From a virus, in IMG/VR virus record IMGVR_UViG_3300020057_000041, positions 3,455 through 67,454 of that record: a stretch of 64,000 bases of DNA. One strand, 5' to 3'. The notes below the pieces were generated by a model. It was not told the origin of the DNA and searched no databases. It saw only the letters and a program-made list of their open reading frames with translations. Positions 1 through 7,496 of the stretch are shown piece by piece. The number at the start of each line of letters is the position of its first letter. The first letter of the stretch is position 1. A program made the position numbers and the translations under genes.

Positions 1-200
1 GTCTGGAAATCGTCCTCGGTGAAATATCCGTGGTGGATCCCGGCCTGGTTTGTGACGACGAATATCAGGTGGCCCATGTCCTGGTACCTGCGGCACACGC
101 CGAATATGCCGGGCATGAAAACGAAATTCTCGATCTTGTGGACGAAGCTGCCGTTGTCGTTGATCACGCCGTCGCGGTCCAGGAAAAGTGCGGGCTTCAT
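1..200 (-). CDS. gmhB: D-glycero-beta-D-manno-heptose 1,7-bisphosphate phosphatase (GmhB, HAD family), truncated by window edge
   Basis: Not in the ORF track. Manual translation from ATG at 200 gives MKPALFLDRDGVINDNGSFVHKIENFVFMPGIFGVCRRYQDMGHLIFVVTNQAGIHHGYFTEDDFQ, with the FLDRDGVIN and VVTNQxGI motifs of GmhB/HisB-N. ATGA overlap with the upstream gene. Confidence 0.9.
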   Translation of the reverse strand, partial: MKPALFLDRDGVINDNGSFVHKIENFVFMPGIFGVCRRYQDMGHLIFVVTNQAGIHHGYFTEDDFQ

Positions 201-598
201 GGCTCTGTTTGCTCTCCCACCGCTGGCAACAACATCGCGAACGCATCCAGAGCCTGACCGGCAGAATCACACGCGACCAGCAGCGATACGCAATTACCAG
301 GGGACCAAAGACCAGTTGATTCCCGTCCAATACTGAACGAGTAGGTGCCATTTCTTTCTTTGGCCATTGCCTGCAGACCATGAAGCGCTTTTTCGGTCGA
401 GTGATATGGCTCCGTGATCATTATGTGCAACCTTTTGCGCGGCCAGTAATAAATGCCCGTGTGATCAAACCCGTCCGGGTAACGCCAATCGATCATCCAC
501 CTCAGAACGGACGTTGAAAGTGCATTGGACTTCTGAAGTCCGGTGGCCTTGCACCACCATTCCTGCCTGTTTTGGAATGCTTCCAGTGTGTGACTCAT
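197..598 (-). CDS. hypothetical protein between hldC-like and gmhB
   Basis: 133-aa ORF with ATGA overlaps on both sides; lower GC than neighbours. Confidence 0.6.
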   Translation of the reverse strand: MSHTLEAFQNRQEWWCKATGLQKSNALSTSVLRWMIDWRYPDGFDHTGIYYWPRKRLHIMITEPYHSTEKALHGLQAMAKERNGTYSFSIGRESTGLWSPGNCVSLLVACDSAGQALDAFAMLLPAVGEQTEP

Positions 599-1005
599 GT
601 TCTCATCCTCTCAATCAGTTTTGTCGTTGACACGCCACGTGTGAACGGGATAGTGAACACCAAACCGCCGCGCGCTGTGACCTCGCGGTAGCCGACGATG
701 TCATAGAGCAGGTAGTCGCCTCCCTTGACCAGAATTTGAGGATTGATCTGGATGATCAGAGCCAGCGGTGTGGACTCAGAGAACGGGATCACCACATCCA
801 CGCAGCGCAGGGCCTCCAGTACCCGAATGCGGTCGGCCAAGCGGTTGATCGGTCGGGCCTGCCCCTTGAGTTTGCGCACGCTCGAGTCGCTGTTGATGCC
901 CACCACAAGGCATTCCCCCATCTCCCTGGCCCGCTCCAGGTAGTCGACATGGCCGGCGTGAAGGATGTCGAAACACCCGTTTGTGAAAACCATTGGACGG
1001 TTCAT
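595..1005 (-). CDS. rfaE2: heptose 1-phosphate adenylyltransferase (RfaE2/HldC type, HldE C-terminal domain)
   Basis: VFTNGCFDILHAGHVDYLERA (HxGH), GINSDSSVRKLKG..RP, LVKGGDY and GVSTT motifs. Start placed at the ATGA overlap at 1005. Confidence 0.92.
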   Translation of the reverse strand: MNRPMVFTNGCFDILHAGHVDYLERAREMGECLVVGINSDSSVRKLKGQARPINRLADRIRVLEALRCVDVVIPFSESTPLALIIQINPQILVKGGDYLLYDIVGYREVTARGGLVFTIPFTRGVSTTKLIERMRT

Positions 1006-1208
1006 TTTCCCTCCCGCTGCAGAGTGTTTGCGCACCGGCGCGGCAGCATCGACCGCGCACGCATCAGGACCTTTTTATCGACGGTACCTGCAATGTGATG
1101 CCCCATGAATGCGTCGAAATTGTCGGTAACTACGTTCAGACAAAGCGTTGTCACCTCGACGCCGGTCTCCAGCCATTTGATATGGCTCAGCAATTCCTCA
1201 TTCGTCAT
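1002..1208 (-). CDS. small hypothetical protein
   Basis: MTNEELLSHIKWLE...; ATGA overlaps at both ends. Confidence 0.55.
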   Translation of the reverse strand: MTNEELLSHIKWLETGVEVTTLCLNVVTDNFDAFMGHHIAGTVDKKVLMRARSMLPRRCANTLQREGK

Positions 1209-1624
1209 GCCTCCAGCTCCCGCTTGATCGCCAGTATTTCGCTTCTCACTTCGCTGCGAGTGATGCCCCCCAGAAGGTGGATGAGTTCGCGGATCTCGCC
1301 CGGCGACAGGTGCTCGCATGTCTCGCCGATCTCAAGTATTGACTCGCGCCCTGGATTGCGCGTGAGCGACATCGGCCTGTCGGCGCGGATATGCGCAGGG
1401 AAAAAATGCCCGTTGAACGTCGTGGTGATCGACCCGTCAGCTTTGAGCCTATCGACCTGGTCGTTGATCACTGTCGACGGCACACACAACTCGTCGGCGA
1501 TCTGCTGGCGGGTCGAATACTGCACCGGACTGCTGCAAAACCGGTCGACGATCACCTGCAACACCTGGTGTTTGCTCACCAGCGTAGGGCCGCGTTTACG
1601 TGCGCTTTTGATTGTTTGCATCAT
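1205..1624 (-). CDS. winged-HTH DNA-binding protein
   Basis: STRQQIADELCVPSTVINDQVDRLKADGSI resembles a winged HTH. Confidence 0.6.
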   Translation of the reverse strand: MMQTIKSARKRGPTLVSKHQVLQVIVDRFCSSPVQYSTRQQIADELCVPSTVINDQVDRLKADGSITTTFNGHFFPAHIRADRPMSLTRNPGRESILEIGETCEHLSPGEIRELIHLLGGITRSEVRSEILAIKRELEA

Positions 1625-1633
1625 GCGTTTGCC

Positions 1634-1710
1634 CTTCCAGTTTTTGGATTTTCTGCTTGAGATCCGCTATTTCCAGATTGCGCGACGACGCTGGCCAGCC
1701 GTGCCTGCCT
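1634..1710 (-). pseudogene. frameshifted duplicate of the 3' end of gene 3326..3499
   Basis: Aligns with 3339-3420 (GCTTGAGATCCGCTATyTCCAGATTGCGCG...CGACGCTGGCCA). Encodes QARLASVV../RNLEIADLKQKIQKLEG versus QARLASVVVARNLEIADLKRHIAKLEG, with a 5-nt deletion. Confidence 0.75.
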
Positions 1711-1768
1711 TGCCGGTCCTTGCCTTGCCGGGCCCCGCCTTGCCTGCCATGCGACGCCTATCCCTGCC
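1692..1768 (-). repeat. short (GGC-NN)n pentamer array 2, non-coding, putative guide-like RNA
   Basis: Minus strand: GGCAG GGATA GGCGT CGCAT GGCA GGCAA GGCGG GGCCC GGCAA GGCAA GGACC GGCAA GGCA GGCAC GGCT GGCCA, starting 3 nt after the stop of 1772..2320. Confidence 0.85.
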
Positions 1769-1771
1769 GCG

Positions 1772-2320
1772 TCAGTGGAGCGCCTGAACCGCAGCGCTTG
1801 CTGTCTGTAGCGCCTGAACCGCCAGGCCTATCCTGGCTATCCGATCCGGATCAACACCCTCGGCACTTTGCGCAGCATCCCGCAGCCGCTCAACCGACTG
1901 CGTTGCCTGGTTCAAATATCGTTGCAGCTCGCCAAGCGCGGACGCAAACATATCCGGGCGCTCAATCACGACCTCTGTCGGGTAATAGCCCGGCCCCTCA
2001 GTTTCGCTAACTGCTTTTGGCACGTAAACGTATGCGTCCGTCGGCAAATCACTTTCCGGTCGTATGACCACCAGCGCCCTAATGAGCGTCCGCGCTTGGC
2101 CCTTGCGGTAGTTCTCGGCGGCTAACGTGTCGTCCCACTCAAACACCGGGTGTAGCGGCGCGTCATCTGGCCGCGCTGCGTCGACTACCGCCTCTGGCGT
2201 AACCGGGCCTTTTGCCGGTGTAATTTTCTCAAACGCCCGCCCAACGACATTCGCCTTAATTCCGTACCGCGCCGATTGTCGGAATTCGTACATTACTTGA
2301 GTCGCTTTTTTGTTGCTCAT
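1772..2320 (-). CDS. phage protein (PLHxxFEWDD motif), partner of the RAMP-like gene
   Basis: MSNKKATQ...TPEAVVDAARPDDAPLHPVFEWDDTLAAENYRKGQARTLIR. AAAGGT RBS before ATG 2320. The longer track start (2410) lies inside the repeat array. Confidence 0.8.
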   Translation of the reverse strand: MSNKKATQVMYEFRQSARYGIKANVVGRAFEKITPAKGPVTPEAVVDAARPDDAPLHPVFEWDDTLAAENYRKGQARTLIRALVVIRPESDLPTDAYVYVPKAVSETEGPGYYPTEVVIERPDMFASALGELQRYLNQATQSVERLRDAAQSAEGVDPDRIARIGLAVQALQTASAAVQALH

Positions 2321-2345
2321 ATTTACCTTTCGTTGATAAACCATA

Positions 2346-2559
2346 TTTCCTTGCCTGCCTTGCCGCGCCGTGCCCGGCCCCGCCCTGCCGAGCCCTGCCT
2401 GCCTCGCCACGCCACGCCATGCCGAGCCCTGCTATGCCTGCCTAACCTCGCCCAGCCGGGCCCTGCCCGGCCTTGCCTTGCCTGCCACGCCATGCCAAGC
2501 CAAGCCAAGCCACGCCTGCCCTGCCGCGCCTTTCCGTGCCAAGCCACGCCTTGCCTGCC
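2346..2559 (-). repeat. (GGC-NN)n pentamer array 1 with GGCA tetramer punctuation, putative ncRNA
   Basis: 214 nt parse exactly into 38 pentamers and 6 GGCA tetramers. Blocks are 7, 6, 8, 7 and 8 pentamers plus 2 terminal units. Starts 14 nt after the stop of the RAMP-like gene. Confidence 0.93.
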
Positions 2560-2573
2560 GCAAAAACCTCCGA

Positions 2574-3194
2574 TCAGGCCAACCGGAACGTCCCCCAACC
2601 CAACCCCGCCGACGACCGACTATCAGGCCGACCCTCACCAATCCCCACCTGCAGCCCGACGCGCTGCATCAAATTTGCCACGTCCGCCGGCGTGAATTGA
2701 TCAGCGTCATAGTCAACGCTCACCGATGCGCTCCATTTGCGCCACATCGGCCTAATCCGTATATCCGTGCCATCAATCCCCACCCGCGCAGCCATTTCAT
2801 GGCGCTCAGGCGTCCCCTCAAAACGCACCAGCGGAATACCATCCACCTTGTCAAATCCGTCCGCAGTGACAAAAACGCTCAGCTTCGCCAAAGTCATCTT
2901 GAAACCCACCAGCCGACATGCGGAAATCATCGCGTTTCGAAAAGCGCCAGCCGGGATGCCCTGCCAACCGTCCTCGCTCATGTGCATCGCGTTCTTCATG
3001 TCCTCGTCAAAATCGCGCGCCGGTTTTGCGCGTGACTTTGAAGCTGTGCTGCCCTGCTCCATTTTTGCCATCATTGCCTGCTTAGCTTTCTCGGAAAATC
3101 GCGCCTGCACCAGCGGTGCCGTACCGACGATCTTGAACACAATCCGCTGAATATTTGCGGGCTTGATCTGAACTATCTGATTTGCTGTTGCCAT
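2574..3194 (-). CDS. stand-alone Cas7/RAMP-like protein
   Basis: N-terminal strand FKIVGTAPL; IPAGAFRNAMISA (cf. RAMP IPgssxkGaxr helix); C-terminal glycine-rich loop GIGEGRPDSRSSAGLGWGTF. GAGGTG RBS before ATG 3194. Fold inferred from motifs. Confidence 0.78.
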   Translation of the reverse strand: MATANQIVQIKPANIQRIVFKIVGTAPLVQARFSEKAKQAMMAKMEQGSTASKSRAKPARDFDEDMKNAMHMSEDGWQGIPAGAFRNAMISACRLVGFKMTLAKLSVFVTADGFDKVDGIPLVRFEGTPERHEMAARVGIDGTDIRIRPMWRKWSASVSVDYDADQFTPADVANLMQRVGLQVGIGEGRPDSRSSAGLGWGTFRLA

Positions 3195-3247
3195 ATCCAC
3201 CTCTGCATGTGCTTGCGCTTGTACAGGTGCGCCCGCTTACCTGGGTT

Positions 3248-3293
3248 GATGCTTTCGCATCCCCAAACAGCCCTTAGCCGCTTGGGGATAGCG
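3248..3293 (-). promoter_or_regulatory. structured leader hairpin upstream of the RAMP-like gene
   Basis: Minus strand ATCCCCAAGCGGCT-AAG-GGCTGTTTGGGGAT (14-bp stem with G.U pairs), overlapping a GATGC-GAAA-GCATC GNRA hairpin. Confidence 0.55.
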
Positions 3294-3325
3294 TCATGCG
3301 AATACTTCGGTTTCAAATCGACTTA

Positions 3326-3499
3326 TCATTCGTCCTCCCCCTCCAGTTTTGCGATGTGCCGCTTGAGATCCGCTATCTCCAGATTGCGCGCGACGACGAC
3401 GCTGGCCAATCGTGCTTGCTCGTCCAGCAGCTCCGCGATCTGCCGGTGCAGTTTGGTGACCACGGGCTGGTCGTGTAGGTATAGGACTGGGGTTGTCAT
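3326..3499 (-). CDS. small coiled-coil hypothetical protein
   Basis: MTTPVLYLHDQPVVTKLHRQIAELLDEQARLAS...; ATGA overlap at 3496-3499. Confidence 0.6.
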   Translation of the reverse strand: MTTPVLYLHDQPVVTKLHRQIAELLDEQARLASVVVARNLEIADLKRHIAKLEGEDE

Positions 3500-3921
3500 G
3501 CGGCCTCCCACATCGGCAGTGATCCGGGCCACAGCCACTCGGCAACGATCGCTGCCCGCGTCCTGGCTGCGTACTCGTCCTCCAGCACGCGCCGCTCGTA
3601 TCGTCCAAGCGCCCCAGTGCTGCCCACAAAATCATGGCAACGCGCGCACCCAGGCCAGCCCCTTCGGCAATCGGTTTTAATGCCCATGCCCTTGCCCTGG
3701 TCCGAGTGGCAGAACTGCGACCGTGGCGCCTGCCCGCAGTGCATGCACGGCATGGCCCGCACCAGATCCATGTAGCCGGCGTGTTGCCGCACGTTTTCCT
3801 TGGGCATTGTTACCGCCACGTCATCCGTCGCCTGCCACACATTTACCGGGCGCTCCAGGCGGCGCATCGGGGATGGCGGTGGCCGCACGTAGGCCGGGCG
3901 CGCGAAGGATGTGCGTTTCAT
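3496..3921 (-). CDS. DUF968-like Zn-binding/HNH-like nin-region protein
   Basis: PCMHCG...CHSDQGKGMGIKTDC...PGCARCH pattern. Confidence 0.65.
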   Translation of the reverse strand: MKRTSFARPAYVRPPPSPMRRLERPVNVWQATDDVAVTMPKENVRQHAGYMDLVRAMPCMHCGQAPRSQFCHSDQGKGMGIKTDCRRGWPGCARCHDFVGSTGALGRYERRVLEDEYAARTRAAIVAEWLWPGSLPMWEAA

Positions 3922-3943
3922 GCAATCTCCAACTTGTATTTCG

Positions 3944-4123
3944 TCAATCAATAGATGCAAAGTAGCGCCTTTTCCTATCGTTCAATTTCTTCGGGGCCAG
4001 CCTCTTCTTCTGTTCTTTCTCCATTAGCTTTTGTAACTTTTTGGAGCAAGCCGGATGCCCGCCACCGCCGTTTGCATTGCCTTTGATTTTTCCGCAAACC
4101 AAACAATACGTGCTGAATTTCAT
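3944..4123 (-). CDS. small basic protein with CxxC...HxxC (below ORF-track cutoff)
   Basis: Manual translation MKFSTYCLVCGKIKGNANGGGGHPACSKKLQKLMEKEQKKRLAPKKLNDRKRRYFASID*, 59 aa, filling the gap in the operon. Confidence 0.55.
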   Translation of the reverse strand: MKFSTYCLVCGKIKGNANGGGGHPACSKKLQKLMEKEQKKRLAPKKLNDRKRRYFASID

Positions 4124-4136
4124 ATGGCTTCCGATG

Positions 4137-4592
4137 TCATTGCGTAATCTCCCCGGTCTCAGGGTCGATCTGCCGACCGAGCGACGTCTTGGACCAGACC
4201 ACTCCCTGCTCTGTGCCGAAACAATGGCACAGGTCGATCACCGCGGTCATCTCCTTGGTCGTCATGTCGCTGGTGCTGTCGCCGCGATTGATGCTGATGA
4301 AACCGGTGCCGTCCATATTCGGGTGCAGTTCCTGCCCGTTCAGATGGCCTGTCACAAAATCTTTCCAGCCAGTAGGCTTGAGCTTTTTGCCGAACCACGT
4401 GACTTGTTTGCTCAGGTCCGTGAGGCAGGACCACATGATCTGGTTTTGCTTCAGGCTGCGGGTGTCTTTGCGAAACGTCACGACGACGCGGTAGCCAGCA
4501 GCCAGCAGTTCCTTCGCCCACTCCCAGGCCCTGCGCATGTCGGCCAGGGCTTGCACCGGGTTCTCCAGGCGCAGGGTGATGCGCTCTGTCAT
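4137..4592 (-). CDS. ninB: NinB/YbcN-family recombination protein
   Basis: RSLKQNQIMWSCLTDLSKQVTWFGKKL...WKD and STSDMTTKEM motifs. Confidence 0.85.
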   Translation of the reverse strand: MTERITLRLENPVQALADMRRAWEWAKELLAAGYRVVVTFRKDTRSLKQNQIMWSCLTDLSKQVTWFGKKLKPTGWKDFVTGHLNGQELHPNMDGTGFISINRGDSTSDMTTKEMTAVIDLCHCFGTEQGVVWSKTSLGRQIDPETGEITQ

Positions 4593-4897
4593 GGTTGCTT
4601 TTTAACGTCGGATTGATGCCGTCTCAGCAGGTCGCCTGCCTTGTCGTATGCATCCTGCACTTCGTCGGGCATCCTGCCGTGGTGTCGGTTACGCAACGCC
4701 ATATACAGAGCATGCAGCGTCTCGTGTAATTCAGTACTGCTGGCACCGAGGCAGGCAGTCATCTTTTCAAGCATTGCAATCGTGGCTGCTTTTTGTCGCC
4801 ACTCACGCTGCAACACTGCGCCTTCGGTCGGGCAGTTGTCCCGGCTATCCCTGCAGGCGCGGTCGTACGACCCATCTCGCTCTTGTTCTTCGCTCAT
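4589..4897 (-). CDS. hypothetical protein
   Basis: GGAGG RBS before ATG 4897; coupled to ninB. Confidence 0.5.
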   Translation of the reverse strand: MSEEQERDGSYDRACRDSRDNCPTEGAVLQREWRQKAATIAMLEKMTACLGASSTELHETLHALYMALRNRHHGRMPDEVQDAYDKAGDLLRRHQSDVKKQP

Positions 4898-5009
4898 GCC
4901 GCCCTCCAGGCTTTGCGCATGGCCCGCAAGTGCTGGCCCGCGCTGCGATTGATCTGCTCCACGAGCCGGCGCATCGCCGCCGCTTGCATGGCGTCTAGTT
5001 GTGCAGGGG

Positions 5010-5273
5010 TCATGCAACCTCCAGCCGATCTGCCACCAGCTTTGCGTAGCCAGCGATATCCACCCAACTATCCGCGTAGTTCGGGTCGCCGTTCAAAATG
5101 CGCCCGATCTTGTGAGCGATCATGTGCAGGGCTTCGCATTGGTCGTCGTCCAAACGATCCCAACCCGGCGTTACCTGCATCTGGCGCTTGAGTTTCATCG
5201 TGATGTCGGCGTGCGATGTGAACTTGCCGTATCGACTGCCACGTTCTGCGAGCGTTTGCGCAATGTCGGTCAT
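5010..5273 (-). CDS. DUF6378-like protein
   Basis: TLAERGSRYGKF...KIGRILNGDPNYADSWVDIAGYAKL. Confidence 0.75.
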   Translation of the reverse strand: MTDIAQTLAERGSRYGKFTSHADITMKLKRQMQVTPGWDRLDDDQCEALHMIAHKIGRILNGDPNYADSWVDIAGYAKLVADRLEVA

Positions 5274-5752
5274 GCTGCCGCTCCAACGGTCAACGCAACG
5301 CCCAGCGCCGGCCATGCATGCGTGGACAACCCAAACAGCGGCCCAGGCTTGGCCTTGACGCCAATCTGCGGGCACTTGCCGCCACCGATGGCCGGGTAGC
5401 GGTCGATGATGGCCTGGCGCACGTTTGAGTCCTTGGCCCGTGGCGTTCCGCACAGGTACATCTTCACGTCCTTGCGGTAGACCAACTTAACGTCGTCCGG
5501 CGTGTGCCATGCCTGCACAAATCGCCCGATCCACACGCAAGTCTCAAAGACCTCGCGCCCGACCGGCATGCCAAAACTTGCGATCATTTCGATTGCAATC
5601 TGCGTTTCGCAGCCACCCTTTCGATACGTCCCCAAATACTCCAGCAATTCATCGTTGCCTGAGACACCGCTAAAGGTAACGGTTAAACCATCAACCACAG
5701 CCCAGCCCGATTTTGTTGTGCCGGGATCAATTGCGAGAATAATCTGGCTCAT
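5270..5752 (-). CDS. RuvC-like Holliday junction resolvase
   Basis: ILAIDPGTTKSGWA and IAIEM RNase H-fold motifs. Confidence 0.75.
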   Translation of the reverse strand: MSQIILAIDPGTTKSGWAVVDGLTVTFSGVSGNDELLEYLGTYRKGGCETQIAIEMIASFGMPVGREVFETCVWIGRFVQAWHTPDDVKLVYRKDVKMYLCGTPRAKDSNVRQAIIDRYPAIGGGKCPQIGVKAKPGPLFGLSTHAWPALGVALTVGAAA

Positions 5753-6039
5753 ATCGCACCCGTCACCGTCAGGCCTAGTATCTTGGCCAGTTGGTACTCC
5801 ACTTTTGCGCCCCTTGACTCATTCCAGCCTGGCAGCATGTGGATTTCGTTGCAGGTCACAAGCTGCGCAATGGCCATACGCATGTACGCTTCCCACGATC
5901 CGCATGGCGGCGCCGGATTTTCGGCCGGGTTCTCGGCGTGATGGCCCTGAGCGCGAAGCTCGGCAGCGACCAAATTGAATGCCGGGTAATTGAAATCCTT
6001 GATATTTGACATCGGCCCGGCTACGTAAATCCTCTTCAT
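5749..6039 (-). CDS. DUF4406 family (nucleoside deoxyribosyltransferase-like) protein
   Basis: RIYVAGPMS...FNYPAF...NPAEN...LPGWNESRGAKVE. Confidence 0.8.
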   Translation of the reverse strand: MKRIYVAGPMSNIKDFNYPAFNLVAAELRAQGHHAENPAENPAPPCGSWEAYMRMAIAQLVTCNEIHMLPGWNESRGAKVEYQLAKILGLTVTGAI

Positions 6040-6332
6040 TTCTTCACCACCTTCAGTTCAAACCTGTCGCAGCGCCAGAGCACGATCCGCACCGGCTCGA
6101 ACCGCATCGCTTTGCACTTGCGCCCGTTGAGATTTCCACATTCAAAGCACACGCGCCGGTCGTCGCTCGGGTCACGGTCGCGCCGCAGCAACCTCTCGGC
6201 TGCGTACTCTGATTCCTGATTGCTGATTCCTTCATGCCACTGCCCCTTGTCGTCTTGCCACAATCCGGCCTGGTGCATCGCGTCCACGCGCCGGGTAAAC
6301 CTCTTTGCCTCCAACTCGCTCCAGTCCTGCAT
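6036..6332 (-). CDS. hypothetical protein with C-terminal Cys cluster
   Basis: MQDWSELE...RDRDPSDDRRVCFECGNL...C...C. Confidence 0.6.
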   Translation of the reverse strand: MQDWSELEAKRFTRRVDAMHQAGLWQDDKGQWHEGISNQESEYAAERLLRRDRDPSDDRRVCFECGNLNGRKCKAMRFEPVRIVLWRCDRFELKVVKK

Positions 6333-6566
6333 CTCTTCCCTCCTTCCCTCCTTCCTCCTGCCTTTCCCCTTGCCACCCCGAAAGAAAAACCGAAACCGAA
6401 AATTACAAACCCCCCCTACCCCCCACGCCATCGTGAGAGATACCCTGTCCATTCAGGAAAGACCAAAAGAAAAGGCAAAAGAAAGAATCAAGACTCGCTC
6501 GAAGCACTGGTTCTTTCCCTCGCGTTTCCGCTATCCCATGTTTTGTGTCGTCGGGAGCGACAGGTT

Positions 6567-7496
6567 TCATGCTGCCGCCTTCTTTTCTTTCATTTCCCTA
6601 ACCCACTTGCCCAGCACCTGGGACGTGCGAAACGTTCCCATGGCCTGGTGCACGTCGTTGATGTCTTGCCCGGAGCGCTCTGGCATCCAGTACGGCAGGC
6701 CTGTAGCGATTGCAGCAACCTCGCCGACTCCGCTGACATCGTTGTCCGCAACCACGTAGCCGCTGTGTGCCATGCGCTGCAAGTTCCCCGCACTGAAAGT
6801 CACATGGATGCGATACCGCACCTTGAGCGCATGCAGGCAGGCCCGCAGTGAAAGACCACTTCCGTAACCCTCCACCCACCAGTCCGTCGCCCCTATCGAG
6901 CCGCCATCGAACACGTATTCGGCCTTGCTGGTGATCTGGTTCGACAGGTACTTCTTGGACCCATCGCGGTCGATCATCTGCACGCCGACCAGTTTGGCTG
7001 CAACGTACATGGGGATGCACAGCAAGTTTGTTTTCTCGTCAGGCCACCACACCAGTCCTTCGAGTTCTGTGAGGCCCTTGGAATCGAGGTAGGCGTGGCG
7101 CTCGTGCTTGCACTGGCTCAATAACCAGTCCGCCTTCTTTGCCGCCGCTGACGCCAATCTGATGCGTTCCTGGCCCTCTTTCGTGGCGCGCTCTTGTGCG
7201 GCGGCACGCTGGGCCTGCATTTGCTCCTGAGTCGGGCGCTGGAATCCCTCGTCGCGCCAGCCGTTGGCCTTGGCTTCGTGCAGCAATGAAGCTATCGAGA
7301 TACCGGCGCCACGAAACGAGCGCCACACAGAACGCGCGTCGGCCGCCCTGTAGGAGTCCGACTGCTGACTCCACCTGTCCCAAATATCAAATCCCGCGTC
7401 GCCCATCTCCGACTGGATCGCCATGCCCATCGCCACCCATGTATCGCGGTCATCGGAGTCGATGAAATTCAATGCGGATTCGATTCTTGTGTTCAC
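6567..7496 (-). CDS. primase (PriCT-2 + Toprim)
   Basis: DDRDTWVAMGMAI...WDRWSQQSDSY (PriCT-2); VEGY, VADND and DIND (Toprim). Confidence 0.85.
   Translation of the reverse strand: MNTRIESALNFIDSDDRDTWVAMGMAIQSEMGDAGFDIWDRWSQQSDSYRAADARSVWRSFRGAGISIASLLHEAKANGWRDEGFQRPTQEQMQAQRAAAQERATKEGQERIRLASAAAKKADWLLSQCKHERHAYLDSKGLTELEGLVWWPDEKTNLLCIPMYVAAKLVGVQMIDRDGSKKYLSNQITSKAEYVFDGGSIGATDWWVEGYGSGLSLRACLHALKVRYRIHVTFSAGNLQRMAHSGYVVADNDVSGVGEVAAIATGLPYWMPERSGQDINDVHQAMGTFRTSQVLGKWVREMKEKKAAA

Noticed and set aside
2346-2559. Canonical CRISPR array or simple microsatellite
   Set aside because: There are no 25-40-nt repeats with unique spacers. Units vary only at positions 4-5, unlike slippage repeats.
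2276-2700. ORF-track proteins across the GGC-NN array (e.g. 2323..2598, 2432..2641, and the N-terminal extension 2321..2410)
   Set aside because: Low-complexity Arg/Gly/Ala or Pro/Cys translations arise from a stop-free repeat. The real downstream start has an RBS at 2320.
4024-4040. Partial gapped self-match (AA.GT.AC.AA.GC on the minus strand) to block 1 of the array
   Set aside because: It needs one unit (TT) skipped and covers only 10 nt, which is expected by chance in 64 kb.
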